A stretch of 64,000 nt of DNA from Candidatus Latescibacterota bacterium (GTDB lineage: Bacteria > Latescibacterota > UBA2968 > UBA8231). The position numbers were made by a program, and so were the translations under genes. Shown here one piece after another: positions 19,094 through 28,621 of the stretch (position 1 is its first letter; each line of letters opens with the position of its first letter). The stretch is taken from contig OZ244561.1 of assembly GCA_965217585.1 (NCBI GenBank), positions 3,200,001 to 3,264,000 on the forward strand, given 5' to 3'. The notes below the pieces were generated by a model. It saw only the letters and a program-made list of their open reading frames with translations. It was not told where the DNA came from and did no database searches.

Positions 19094-20776
19094 TTAGTCC
19101 CGCGTCAATTGGCGGTAACGGACCCGCTGGGGCACGACCGAATCCTCACCTAGCCGCGCCTTCTTGTTCTCTTCGTATTCCGAATAATTGCCCTCGAACC
19201 AATAGACTTGGCTGTCGCCCTCAAACGCCAGAATGTGCGTGACGATACGATCCAAAAACCACCGGTCGTGGCTGATGACCACCACGCAGCCGGCGAAGTT
19301 TTCCAACCCCTCCTCCAGCGCCCGCAGCGTATGCACGTCTAGGTCGTTGGTCGGCTCGTCGAGCAGGAATACATTGGCCTGCTCCTTGAGCACCTTGGCC
19401 AGATGCACCCGATTGCGCTGCCCGCCCGAGAGCGTACCAACCTGCTGCTGCTGGTCGGCACCAAGGAAGTTGAAGCGCGCGAGGTACGCCCGCGAATTTA
19501 CCTTGCGCTCGCCCAGCTCGATCTCTTCCTCGCCGCCCGAAACTTCCTGCCAGACGGTGTTTTCCCCCACCAAGGTTTCCCGGCTCTGATCTACATACCC
19601 CAGTTGCACGGTCTCGCCGATGTGGAGCTGGCCGCTGTCGGCGCTCTCTTGGCCGGTAATCAGCCGGAACAGGGTTGTCTTGCCCGCGCCGTTCGGCCCG
19701 ATGACCCCGACGATCCCGCCCGAGGGCAGGGCGAAATCCATGTTCTCGAAGATGATGCGATCGCCGTAGCGCTTGCTCACGTCCTTGGCCTCAATGGCGA
19801 TATCGCCCAGCCGCGGCCCCGGCGGAATGTAGAGCTGCACAGACTCGTTTCGCTGCACTCGATCCTGATTTAGCAATTCCTCGTAGGCTCTGATCCTGGC
19901 CTTGCTCTTTTGCTGCTTGGCCCTCGGCGTCATGCGGATCCACTCCAGCTCTCGCTCCAGCGTCCGCTGTCTTTCGCTCTCGCTTTTTTCTTCCAGCCGC
20001 AGGCGCTCCTTTTTCTGCTCTAACCACGACGAGTAATTCCCCTTCCACGGTACGCCGCGCCCTTGGTCCAACTCCAGAATCCAGCCCGCCACATTGTCGA
20101 GAAAATACCGGTCGTGGGTAACGGCGATCACCGTCCCTTGGTACTGATGCAAATGCCCCTCCAGCCACGCCACGGTTTCGGCGTCGAGGTGGTTGGTTGG
20201 CTCGTCTAGCAGCAGAATATCCGGCCGGCGGAGCAACAACCGGCACAGCGCCACCCGCCGCCGCTCGCCGCCCGAGAGCGTGGAGACCTCTTGGTCTTCG
20301 GGCGGACAGCGCAGCGCGTCCATCGCCATGTCCAGCCGACTGTCCAAATCCCAGGCCCCGGCTGCGTCGAGCTGTTCGGCCACGGATGCCTGCCGCTCGA
20401 TCAGGGCGTTCATGGCGTCGTCGTCCATGGGTTCGGCGAACTGGGCGTTGATGCCCTCGTACTCGCGCAGCAAATCCACGGTCTCCTGCACGCCCTCCTC
20501 GACGATCTCTTTGACCTTTCTCCCCTTCTCTAGCTCGGGCTCCTGCTCCAGGTACCCCACGGTAAACCCCGGCTGTACCTGAATGGTCCCTTCGTGTTCG
20601 GGGTCTATGCCCGCCATAATCCGTAACAAGGAACTCTTACCCGACCCATTCAAGCCCAACACCCCGATCTTGGCCCCGTAGAAGTACGACAGTGAAATGT
20701 CTGCGAGAATCACTTTCCGGTTGTAGTGCTTGCTCACCTTGTACATCGAATAGATGATTTTTTCTGCTTCGCTCAT
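19094..20776 (-). CDS. ettA: Energy-dependent translational throttle ABC-F ATPase
   Basis: GAKIGVLGLNGSGKS, two ABC domains, LERELEWIRM linker. Confidence 0.95.
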   Translation of the reverse strand: MSEAEKIIYSMYKVSKHYNRKVILADISLSYFYGAKIGVLGLNGSGKSSLLRIMAGIDPEHEGTIQVQPGFTVGYLEQEPELEKGRKVKEIVEEGVQETVDLLREYEGINAQFAEPMDDDAMNALIERQASVAEQLDAAGAWDLDSRLDMAMDALRCPPEDQEVSTLSGGERRRVALCRLLLRRPDILLLDEPTNHLDAETVAWLEGHLHQYQGTVIAVTHDRYFLDNVAGWILELDQGRGVPWKGNYSSWLEQKKERLRLEEKSESERQRTLERELEWIRMTPRAKQQKSKARIRAYEELLNQDRVQRNESVQLYIPPGPRLGDIAIEAKDVSKRYGDRIIFENMDFALPSGGIVGVIGPNGAGKTTLFRLITGQESADSGQLHIGETVQLGYVDQSRETLVGENTVWQEVSGGEEEIELGERKVNSRAYLARFNFLGADQQQQVGTLSGGQRNRVHLAKVLKEQANVFLLDEPTNDLDVHTLRALEEGLENFAGCVVVISHDRWFLDRIVTHILAFEGDSQVYWFEGNYSEYEENKKARLGEDSVVPQRVRYRQLTRD

Positions 20777-20777
20777 G

Positions 20778-21713
20778 TCAGCTCAATCCTTTATATGCTG
20801 TAAATACAATCCCCAAATCCCGTTCCGCCCGCGCCAAGTCCGAATACGGCTGCCGCCCCGGCTGCTGCAAACACTGCAAGAAGTCCCGCATCATGCCCCC
20901 ATAGCCCATCAAGTCCCCCACGCCCGGAAAGTAGAGCCGCTTCCGCCGCCCTCGCAAACGCGCGTATAGCCCATTGCACTCGAAGATCACCCGTCCCTCC
21001 GTCCCCAAAATCCGCGCGTGCTGAAAGGTGCCCTTGGTCAAGCTGAAGGCGTTCCAAGCATAGCGCAACACCAGCTCGGCCCCGGATGCGTATTCGACCC
21101 GCACTATCGAGTTCCGCTCCGGCTCGCCCGCCCGGTGCCCGGGGAACTCCGCGGTCACCTGCCGGGGGGCGTCGGAGAACAGGTCCGCTCCGAGGGCCAC
21201 GAAGTGGATTCCTCCCTCCAGCAGCGCACCATAGCCGCTTTTCCATCCCGTGGCCTGCTGCGTAAAGCGCTTGCCAAGGGTCGCCTGCTGCACTTGGCCG
21301 ATAAAACCCTGCTGGATGATCCACTTGAGCAGCTTGAGCAAGGGCTTGTAGTAGTAGTTTTCCGCGATCATTAGCAGCGCACCTGGATGGGCCGCCGCGG
21401 CTGCGCCAATGGCCGCCAAATCGTCTTCGGTGGCGCACAACGGCTTTTCCACCAGCACTCCCTTGCCGGCGGCCAATGCTTCGATGACTTGGGGCCGATG
21501 GGCATCTGGCGGCGAGCTGATCAACACCGCATCCACCGCGCTGTCGAGGACTTCGGCGTACGATGCGAAGACCGGTCCCCCTCCGCATTGGCGGCTGAGG
21601 GCTTCGGCGCTAGACTGCGTGCGGCTGTGAAAGGACAGCTCGGCCTTGCCGATGAGGTTTTTCGCGTGCAGGCGACCGATGGTGCCGCACCCAACCAGAC
21701 AGACCTTCTTCAT
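20778..21713 (-). CDS. Gfo/Idh/MocA oxidoreductase
   Basis: VGCGTIG, VLVEKPL, GALLEGGIH. Confidence 0.9.
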   Translation of the reverse strand: MKKVCLVGCGTIGRLHAKNLIGKAELSFHSRTQSSAEALSRQCGGGPVFASYAEVLDSAVDAVLISSPPDAHRPQVIEALAAGKGVLVEKPLCATEDDLAAIGAAAAAHPGALLMIAENYYYKPLLKLLKWIIQQGFIGQVQQATLGKRFTQQATGWKSGYGALLEGGIHFVALGADLFSDAPRQVTAEFPGHRAGEPERNSIVRVEYASGAELVLRYAWNAFSLTKGTFQHARILGTEGRVIFECNGLYARLRGRRKRLYFPGVGDLMGYGGMMRDFLQCLQQPGRQPYSDLARAERDLGIVFTAYKGLS

Positions 21714-23197
21714 CGCTTTGCTAGAATTCGCTCGGCGACCCGCAGTGCGTTGGCCGCGATCGTCAAACTTGGGTTTACCCCGCCCGAAGAGGGCATGAAG
21801 CTGCCGTCAGACACGTAGAGATTTTCGCTGCCCCAATAGCGGCAATCCACGTCGAGCACGCCTTCCTCGGGTGTGGTGGCGCAGCGCAGGGTACCTATGG
21901 CGTGCGAGAAGGAATCGATCAAGTGGCGGTAGCGCAGCAGGCCGCCCGCTTGGCGCAATACGGCCTCTGCTTTAGCCAGCAGGTGATCGCGGCGGCGACA
22001 GTCGGCGCTGCTATAGGCGTGCTCCACCTGCACTAGTTCCATGCCGAAGACGTCCTGCTCGCTGGCCAACGACACGCGGTTTTCTCGGCGCGGATCGTCC
22101 TCGGCAATGCAGAGCAAGTTCTGCATATAGCCAGTCAGCAGCCCGACGAGGGTCTTGAAGCCCCAAGGGGCGTGGTGCCGGATGATGGGGGGAGCCGGCG
22201 TGTAGATGTCTTGGATGACGCCCACGGCCGTGCCCAATTCCGCGCGCAGGTCTTCGTAAAAATCGGAAAAGCAGAGTTGTTTGTGGAAGACCTGTTGCGG
22301 ATTGGTGCGAAAGGGGAAGATGCAATTGGCAATCCCGTTGCAGTGTCGCATGAGAAAGCGCCCAATCAGGGGATGATCGAATCCAGAGCGCAGCATCAGG
22401 GCCGGGCTGTTGAGCGCCCCAGCGGCTAAGACCACTAAGTCGGCCGAGAGCGCGTGGGCTTGCCGGGAGGCGCTGTCCACGTATTCGACCTGTTCGACGC
22501 GCCCGCCCCGTTGCACCAGCCGCTGCGCCACCGCGCCGACGATGATCTCCAGCCCGGCCGCCGAGGCGGCGGATAGCACGGTGGAAGCCATGTCGTTTTT
22601 GGCCTCCACCTTGCAGGGGAACCCGTCGCAGGTGATGCAGCGCAGGCAAAGGGGCCGGGTGCGGTCGGAAAAGTTGATCGCTAGGGGGATCTTGAACGGC
22701 TGAAACCCTAGGGCCGTCCCCGCTTGGTGAATGCGCTGGGCCGGCGCGCTCAGCTCAACGGCGCGGCGCGGATAGGCATCTATCCCCGGAGGTTGGTAGG
22801 GATCGGTGCCCACCTCGCCGTGTACTTCGAGAAGCTGCTCGGCGCGGGCGTAGTATGGCGCTAGGTCTGCATAGGACAAGGGCCAGCGGGCAAAATCCGC
22901 CGGCCGCAGCCGCAACGACGCCCCGCCGAAAAAGACCGAGTTGCCGCCGACGACCTCGTTGGGATAGGTGCGCTGGAAGGTGCGGCGTCCGTACTGCTTG
23001 ACCAAGAGGGGCGAGGCCGCGCGGTAGCGCTTTTGCAGCAGGATGGTGCGCTGATCCCAGTCCGCGTCGTCGCGCTTGGCCCATTGGCCCCGCTCCAGCA
23101 GCGCGGTCTTCAGCCCGGCTTGCACCAGCGCGTGGGCCACCAGCGAGCCGCCGAACCCGGAGCCGATGACCACGGCGTCATAGTGCGCCGCGTTCAT
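21710..23197 (-). CDS. GMC family oxidoreductase
   Basis: IGSGFGG, VGGNS, CxxCxxC, SHAIGT, VNPSLTIAANA. Confidence 0.92.
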   Translation of the reverse strand: MNAAHYDAVVIGSGFGGSLVAHALVQAGLKTALLERGQWAKRDDADWDQRTILLQKRYRAASPLLVKQYGRRTFQRTYPNEVVGGNSVFFGGASLRLRPADFARWPLSYADLAPYYARAEQLLEVHGEVGTDPYQPPGIDAYPRRAVELSAPAQRIHQAGTALGFQPFKIPLAINFSDRTRPLCLRCITCDGFPCKVEAKNDMASTVLSAASAAGLEIIVGAVAQRLVQRGGRVEQVEYVDSASRQAHALSADLVVLAAGALNSPALMLRSGFDHPLIGRFLMRHCNGIANCIFPFRTNPQQVFHKQLCFSDFYEDLRAELGTAVGVIQDIYTPAPPIIRHHAPWGFKTLVGLLTGYMQNLLCIAEDDPRRENRVSLASEQDVFGMELVQVEHAYSSADCRRRDHLLAKAEAVLRQAGGLLRYRHLIDSFSHAIGTLRCATTPEEGVLDVDCRYWGSENLYVSDGSFMPSSGGVNPSLTIAANALRVAERILAKR

Positions 23198-23978
23198 GGG
23201 CGTAGAGCGCGGCCAGCCCGGCGATGATAGCCAAGGCCGCGTAGTGGAACCTTTCGCGGGTGTCCAATTCGCGCTGGATTCTGGGTAGGTTGGGTTGGAA
23301 TTTGCCGGACATATTGCGCTGGATGTAGGTCTTGTAGTACTCGACGGTAAATCGCTCTAGCCCGCCGTTCATGTAGATGAGAAAACCCAGCCCGACCGGG
23401 TGTTCGGGGCTGCCGAGAAAGTAAAACAGCGGACTCAAGGCGGCCAAGACGACCCCAGAGCGCTGGAATTTGAGCCACTTGAACCCCTCAAAGGGTGCGT
23501 CCTTATAAGCACCCCCCAAGGCCACGAGCAGCCCGGTGCAATATCCGGTCGCCAGATAGCCCCAGAAGCTCTCAACGGGTGCGGCGATGAGCAGGAAGGC
23601 GAAGACAATGGCGACGATTAGGCCCCCCGCGCCGTAGCGGAGCAGGTCGCTGGTGATCGGGCGGCCAAAGAAGGTAATGCGCGAGGGAACGAAGTACTTT
23701 TGCTGGTCTTCGGTGCGGAAGAAGCCCTTGTAGATTTCGGCGAGGAAGCGCTCTAGGCCCATGATCAGGAAGAACATCTGCACGAGGCCAAGATGCTGGA
23801 ATTGCGCGCTGAAATACGGGATGAAGTACAGCGGCAAAAAGATCGCGACGTGGAAGTACATGCTGCGCGGAAAGGTCTTGGGCTTGAAGCCCTCATACGG
23901 AGCGTCTTTGAACGCGCCCCACAGGCAGGTGTAGAGGCCGGAGACGAGAGCGGTGATAAACGAAAGGGCGAAGGTCAT
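23178..23978 (-). CDS. Hypothetical membrane protein with two internal repeats
   Basis: GAFKDAPYEGFK..GLERF..EIYK repeated as GAYKDAPFEGFK..GLERF..EYYK. Confidence 0.8.
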   Translation of the reverse strand: MTFALSFITALVSGLYTCLWGAFKDAPYEGFKPKTFPRSMYFHVAIFLPLYFIPYFSAQFQHLGLVQMFFLIMGLERFLAEIYKGFFRTEDQQKYFVPSRITFFGRPITSDLLRYGAGGLIVAIVFAFLLIAAPVESFWGYLATGYCTGLLVALGGAYKDAPFEGFKWLKFQRSGVVLAALSPLFYFLGSPEHPVGLGFLIYMNGGLERFTVEYYKTYIQRNMSGKFQPNLPRIQRELDTRERFHYAALAIIAGLAALYAHERGAL

Positions 23979-24138
23979 GGTTCGTTGGGCGGTGGTTGGA
24001 GTGGCCAAAGCATCAAATAGTAGGCTTCCCGCCCCGGTTGGGCAAACACCCCGCGTGTTGACGTTACTTATACCATTGGTCAGTTTTTGAAGACGATTCG
24101 ACCACGGTCCACTACAATTTCAACAAGGAGCTTTTCCC

Positions 24139-25002
24139 ATGCGACTCGGCGTCTGCGGCATGTTGCCCCCGGACTTTCGCGAAATTAGCGACCAACACCT
24201 AGCGGCGATCAAGGCGCTCAACCTCACGGGCGCGGCCTTTCACGCCCCGGGGGAAGAGCTGTCTGCCATCACCGCCGCAGAGTGCCACAAGGTGCGCGAT
24301 ACCATTGCGGCCGCGGGCATGGATCTGCCCCAGTTCGGCATTGGCTTTGCCGAGTGCCTGTTTGATCCCAGCCCTGCGGTGCGCGACCAAGTCGTCGGCA
24401 AGATCGAGCGCGGCATTGAAGTGGCCCGCGACTTGGCTGCCCACACTTGCCTAATCCGCACGGGCAGCCTCAATCCCTCCGGCTCGTACTCGCCATCGCC
24501 GCTCAATCTCACGCCCGAGGCTCGCGCCCTGCTCGTCGAAACCCTCAAGCGCATCGCCGCCAAAGCCGAGTCTGAAGCGGTCACCATAGTCATTGAGACG
24601 CATCTGCTGACCATCATGGGGTCGCCGGAAGCAAACCGCGACGTGCTGCAAGCCGTTGGCTCCGAGCGCATGACCGTGGTCATGGATTACGTCAACCATT
24701 TCCAGAATTTGCACCAAGTGTACAACAGCACCGAGCGTTTGCAGCACATATTTGAGATTATGAACCCCATCTCCACCGTCGGGCATTGCAAGGATATCAA
24801 GCTGTCCAATGGCTTGGTGCTCCACATCGACGAGGAGATACCCGGCGACGGCGAACTCGACCTCGTCACCGCGCTCAAGCTGTGGGACGACGCCCATCCC
24901 GACGGCTATATGCTGCTCGAGCATCTACCCAACGAGAAATACCCCAGAGCTGCCGCCAATGTCCACCGCATCCTTGCCGCAGCCGGCATTCCCGTGCATT
25001 AA
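24139..25002 (+). CDS. Sugar phosphate isomerase/epimerase (TIM barrel)
   Basis: IVIETH, MDYVN, HCKD, PGDGELD, LLEH; RBS AAGGAG. Confidence 0.88.
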   Translation: MRLGVCGMLPPDFREISDQHLAAIKALNLTGAAFHAPGEELSAITAAECHKVRDTIAAAGMDLPQFGIGFAECLFDPSPAVRDQVVGKIERGIEVARDLAAHTCLIRTGSLNPSGSYSPSPLNLTPEARALLVETLKRIAAKAESEAVTIVIETHLLTIMGSPEANRDVLQAVGSERMTVVMDYVNHFQNLHQVYNSTERLQHIFEIMNPISTVGHCKDIKLSNGLVLHIDEEIPGDGELDLVTALKLWDDAHPDGYMLLEHLPNEKYPRAAANVHRILAAAGIPVH

Positions 25003-25028
25003 ACGCGCATCTAACCAAGGAGAATACT

Positions 25029-26225
25029 GTGATTAAGCCCCACGGCGCAGAAGAGCTCAAACCACTCTACGTCGAAGACGATGCAGTGCGTACCCAGCTT
25101 CTAGAAGAAGCCGCTGGCCTGCCCTCTGTAGTCGTCTCTTCCGCTGCTGCATCCTCAGCCGTCATGCTCGGCTCAGGGTACTTTACCCCGCTTACAGGCT
25201 TTATGGACGCAACCGACGCCAAGTTCGTGGCTGCCACCACGCACACGGCCGCTGGCCTGCTGTGGCCCACCCCGGTCGTCAACATGGTCCCCAGCGATCA
25301 GGTTCCCGAGGGCGTGGCTCCCGGCAGCCGCATCGCCCTGTTGGATCCCAATGTGGACGGCAATCCCGTCCTTGCCATCCAGGAAGTGACCGAGGTCGAA
25401 TCGCTTGCGAGTGTGGAGCGCTCTTCCATCATTTTCCAAGTCTTTGGCACGGAGGACGCCGCCCATCCCGGAGTAGCTGCTTTCATGGCCGCGGGCGACA
25501 CCCTCATCGCTGGGCCAGTCGAGGTACTCAACTTCTCGTACTTTCCCGGCGAATTTCCCCAGACCTTTCGCACCGCTGTTGAGCTGCGCGCTGAGATCGC
25601 CGAGCGCGGTTGGGATCGGGTCGTGGCCTTCCAGACCCGCAACCCCATGCACCGCGCCCACGAAGAGCTGTGTCGCATGGCGCAGCAGGCTGTCGAGGCC
25701 GATGGCATCCTCATCCACATGCTATTGGGCAAGCTCAAGGCCGGCGACATCCCGGCCGATGTGCGCGACGCCTCCATCCGCAAAATGGTCGAGCTCTACT
25801 TCCCGGAAAACACGGTGATGATCGCTGGCTATGGCTTTGACATGCTCTACGCCGGTCCGCGCGAAGCCGTGCTGCACGCCATCTTCCGCCAGAACAGCGG
25901 CTGCACGCATCTGATCGTGGGCCGCGACCACGCGGGCGTTGGCGATTACTACGGAGCGTTTGACGCGCAGACCATTTTTGACGGCATCGACGACGCCCTC
26001 GAAATCGAAATTTTCCGCGGCGATCACACCGTCTGGTGCAAGGAGTGCAGCGAGGTGGTGATGATGCGCGACTGCCCGCATGGCGGCGACGCGTACCTAT
26101 TCCTGTCGGGGACCCAGGTCCGCGAGCAGCTGGCCGCTGGCGAGGCCCTGCCGCCGGAGTTTGCGCGGCCAGAAGTGGCCGAGATCCTCGCGGAGTACTA
26201 TCAGCAAGAGGCAGTGGGAGCTTAG
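25029..26225 (+). CDS. sat: Sulfate adenylyltransferase (homo-oligomeric Sat)
   Basis: AFQTRNPMHRAHE, YAGPREA, VGRDHAGVG; GTG start after AAGGAG. Confidence 0.95.
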   Translation: MIKPHGAEELKPLYVEDDAVRTQLLEEAAGLPSVVVSSAAASSAVMLGSGYFTPLTGFMDATDAKFVAATTHTAAGLLWPTPVVNMVPSDQVPEGVAPGSRIALLDPNVDGNPVLAIQEVTEVESLASVERSSIIFQVFGTEDAAHPGVAAFMAAGDTLIAGPVEVLNFSYFPGEFPQTFRTAVELRAEIAERGWDRVVAFQTRNPMHRAHEELCRMAQQAVEADGILIHMLLGKLKAGDIPADVRDASIRKMVELYFPENTVMIAGYGFDMLYAGPREAVLHAIFRQNSGCTHLIVGRDHAGVGDYYGAFDAQTIFDGIDDALEIEIFRGDHTVWCKECSEVVMMRDCPHGGDAYLFLSGTQVREQLAAGEALPPEFARPEVAEILAEYYQQEAVGA

Positions 26226-26236
26226 GAGTTAAAACT

Positions 26237-27253
26237 ATGGAATATCGCAGAATGGGCCGCACTGGCCTCAAAGTATCGGAAGTTTGCCTTGGGACTATGA
26301 CCTTTGGCCATAGCACTGACGAACGAGAGGCCAAGCGGATCGTCGATCTGGCGTTTGACGCGGGCATCAATTTCTTCGACACGGCCGATTCGTATGGCGG
26401 TGGCGAGTCCGAGGTCATCACTGGCAAGACGCTCAAGGGCCGCCGCCGCGACGCGGTCATTGCCACCAAGTTCTTCAACCCCATGGGGCCTGGCCCCAAC
26501 GACTCGGGGATGTCGCGGGTGCGCATTATGAACGCCGTCGAAGACAGCCTCCAGCGACTGCGGACAGACTACATCGATCTCTATTACATTCACCACGTGG
26601 ATACCCAGACTCCGTTGGAGGAGATGTTGCGCGGGCTCGACGATTTGGTTCGCCAAGGCAAGGTGCGCTATATCGCCTGTTCCAACTATCAGGCGTGGCG
26701 CTTGATGGAGGCGTTGTGGATTTCAGACGCGAATGGGTTGGTCCGCTTTGAGTGCTACCAACCGCAATACAGTTTGGTCGTGCGCGACATTGAGCAGGAG
26801 CTGATTCCCGTCTGTCAGCTCAAGGGGCTGGGCGTGGTGGTGTGGAGTCCGCTCGGCGGCGGCTTTCTCTCCGGCAAGTACAAGCCCGGCGAACGCACCT
26901 TGGCAGGCACGCGTTCCGCCGACGCTTGGGCCTACCCGCAAAGCTATTTTGCCGCCAACGCCGACGAGACCTTAGAGACGCTCCTAGCGGTAGCCGACGA
27001 GATGGGCCGCTCGCCTGCGCAAGTCGCCCTGCGTTGGGTTTTGGAACAACCGGCCATTACCTCGGTCATCATCGGCGCGCGCACCGTTGAGCAGGCGCGC
27101 GACAACATGCTTGCTGGCAGCTTTTGTCTCCCGGACGAGGCTCGCGCCCGGCTCGACGAAGTCTCCTATCTGCCGGATCGCTACCCAGAGGCCATGGAAG
27201 CGAACATGCACGAGCGCCGCGACGACGCGGTCGATATGCCTGTGCTGGAGTGA
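26237..27253 (+). CDS. Aldo/keto reductase
   Basis: LGTMTFG, GINFFDTADSY, DYIDLYYIH, WSPLGGG. Confidence 0.93.
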   Translation: MEYRRMGRTGLKVSEVCLGTMTFGHSTDEREAKRIVDLAFDAGINFFDTADSYGGGESEVITGKTLKGRRRDAVIATKFFNPMGPGPNDSGMSRVRIMNAVEDSLQRLRTDYIDLYYIHHVDTQTPLEEMLRGLDDLVRQGKVRYIACSNYQAWRLMEALWISDANGLVRFECYQPQYSLVVRDIEQELIPVCQLKGLGVVVWSPLGGGFLSGKYKPGERTLAGTRSADAWAYPQSYFAANADETLETLLAVADEMGRSPAQVALRWVLEQPAITSVIIGARTVEQARDNMLAGSFCLPDEARARLDEVSYLPDRYPEAMEANMHERRDDAVDMPVLE

Positions 27254-27256
27254 CGG

Positions 27257-28615
27257 GTGACCCGCAGCCAGTCCCCTCTCCAGGCTGCCAAGACCTGCGA
27301 GCTGCACGTCCACATCGGCGGTAGCCTCTTTGCCGCCGATCTCCTCGACTTGGCCCGCGATCACTACGAAAAGATCGACTGGTCGCTCTTTGTCGATAGC
27401 TTCGAACGCGCCTATGGCCGCCGGCCCGATCCGGTCGCACTGTTTGGCGAGGTGCTCCGTAGCCAACGCCTCGACTCGCTCAAGGCGCACTGCGTGTACG
27501 GCGCGGAAGACAAGGGCAACTTTGCCCATTTCCAAGCCAAGTTCAATTTGGCGATCTGCATCTATCGCCATTGGTGGAACGTCTTGGGCAAGCCAGAAGA
27601 AATTTTGCACCGGGTCTTTGCCCATCACCGCGGCGAAGGTTTGCGCTACATCGAGTATCGCACCATGGCCCCCTATGACCACACCCAGTCCGAAGCCTTC
27701 GCGCAGTTCCACGCGCTGACCGCTCGCGCCATCGCCCAAGCCTGCACCGCGGACTTTACCGCCCGCTACCTCATCAGCCTGCCGCGCTGGGCACCGCTCG
27801 AATGCTATCGACTAGTCCAACGCCTGCTCGACGAAAACGAGGATTTGATCCCCACGGTCGTCGGCCTCGACTTCTGCCACTTTGAGGAGGGCTACTCGCC
27901 CGCGAGCACTCGTGCCTTCTTCCGCCGCCTGCGCCGCGACAACGAGCTGCGCCCGGAGCGCGCCCTCGACGTGGCCTATCACGTGGGCGAAGTGTACTTC
28001 GACAAATCGCTCGAAAGCGCGGTGCGCTGGTGCCACGAAGCCGCGGAGTTGGGTGCGCTTCGCTTGGGGCACTGCACCGCGCTCGGGCTCGACCCGGAGG
28101 TTGCCGTGGCCCGCCGGTCCCAAGCCCACGAGAGAGAGTCGGTCAGCGAACGCTTGGCCCAGATTGCCTACGATTTGCACCACAAGAATGCATTGGAAGA
28201 ATTCGGCGTTCCGGTTGACGACCAAGCCCTGATACAGGAGCGCAGCCGCCTCTCGGCCCGGCCTGACGATGCGCTCGTTTGCCGTGCATACGATCCCCCG
28301 CGCCTCGAAGCAGTGCGCCGGCGGCAAGACTTCGCGCTGAGCCGCCTAGCCGCGCTCGGCACCGTCGTCGAGACCTGCCCGACCTCCAACTTGCGCATCG
28401 GTGCCGTGCCCGACGCCAAAGATCACCCGGTGCATCGCTTCCTATCCTCGGATGTCCGACTGGCCATTGGTGCCGACGACCCTGGCCTTTTCGACTGCAC
28501 ACTCGCCGACGAGGTCAACTGGGTCCAGCGCCACACTGGCATGACAGCCAACGCGCTACAAGCCCGCCTCGGCGACCCGCGCGACTACCGCTTCGGCCCG
28601 CGTCGCACCCGCTAG
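27257..28615 (+). CDS. Adenosine deaminase-like metallohydrolase
   Basis: ELHVHIGGS, YHVGE, RLGH, ETCPTSN, GADDPG. Confidence 0.8.
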   Translation: MTRSQSPLQAAKTCELHVHIGGSLFAADLLDLARDHYEKIDWSLFVDSFERAYGRRPDPVALFGEVLRSQRLDSLKAHCVYGAEDKGNFAHFQAKFNLAICIYRHWWNVLGKPEEILHRVFAHHRGEGLRYIEYRTMAPYDHTQSEAFAQFHALTARAIAQACTADFTARYLISLPRWAPLECYRLVQRLLDENEDLIPTVVGLDFCHFEEGYSPASTRAFFRRLRRDNELRPERALDVAYHVGEVYFDKSLESAVRWCHEAAELGALRLGHCTALGLDPEVAVARRSQAHERESVSERLAQIAYDLHHKNALEEFGVPVDDQALIQERSRLSARPDDALVCRAYDPPRLEAVRRRQDFALSRLAALGTVVETCPTSNLRIGAVPDAKDHPVHRFLSSDVRLAIGADDPGLFDCTLADEVNWVQRHTGMTANALQARLGDPRDYRFGPRRTR

Positions 28616-28621
28616 GAGCAC

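Noticed and set aside
24786-25028. N-terminal extensions in the ORF track (sat; likewise AKR, coxM, xdhC, tnpB, ynbA-like)
   Set aside because: They overlap upstream genes or non-coding ends; motif and RBS positions support the later starts.
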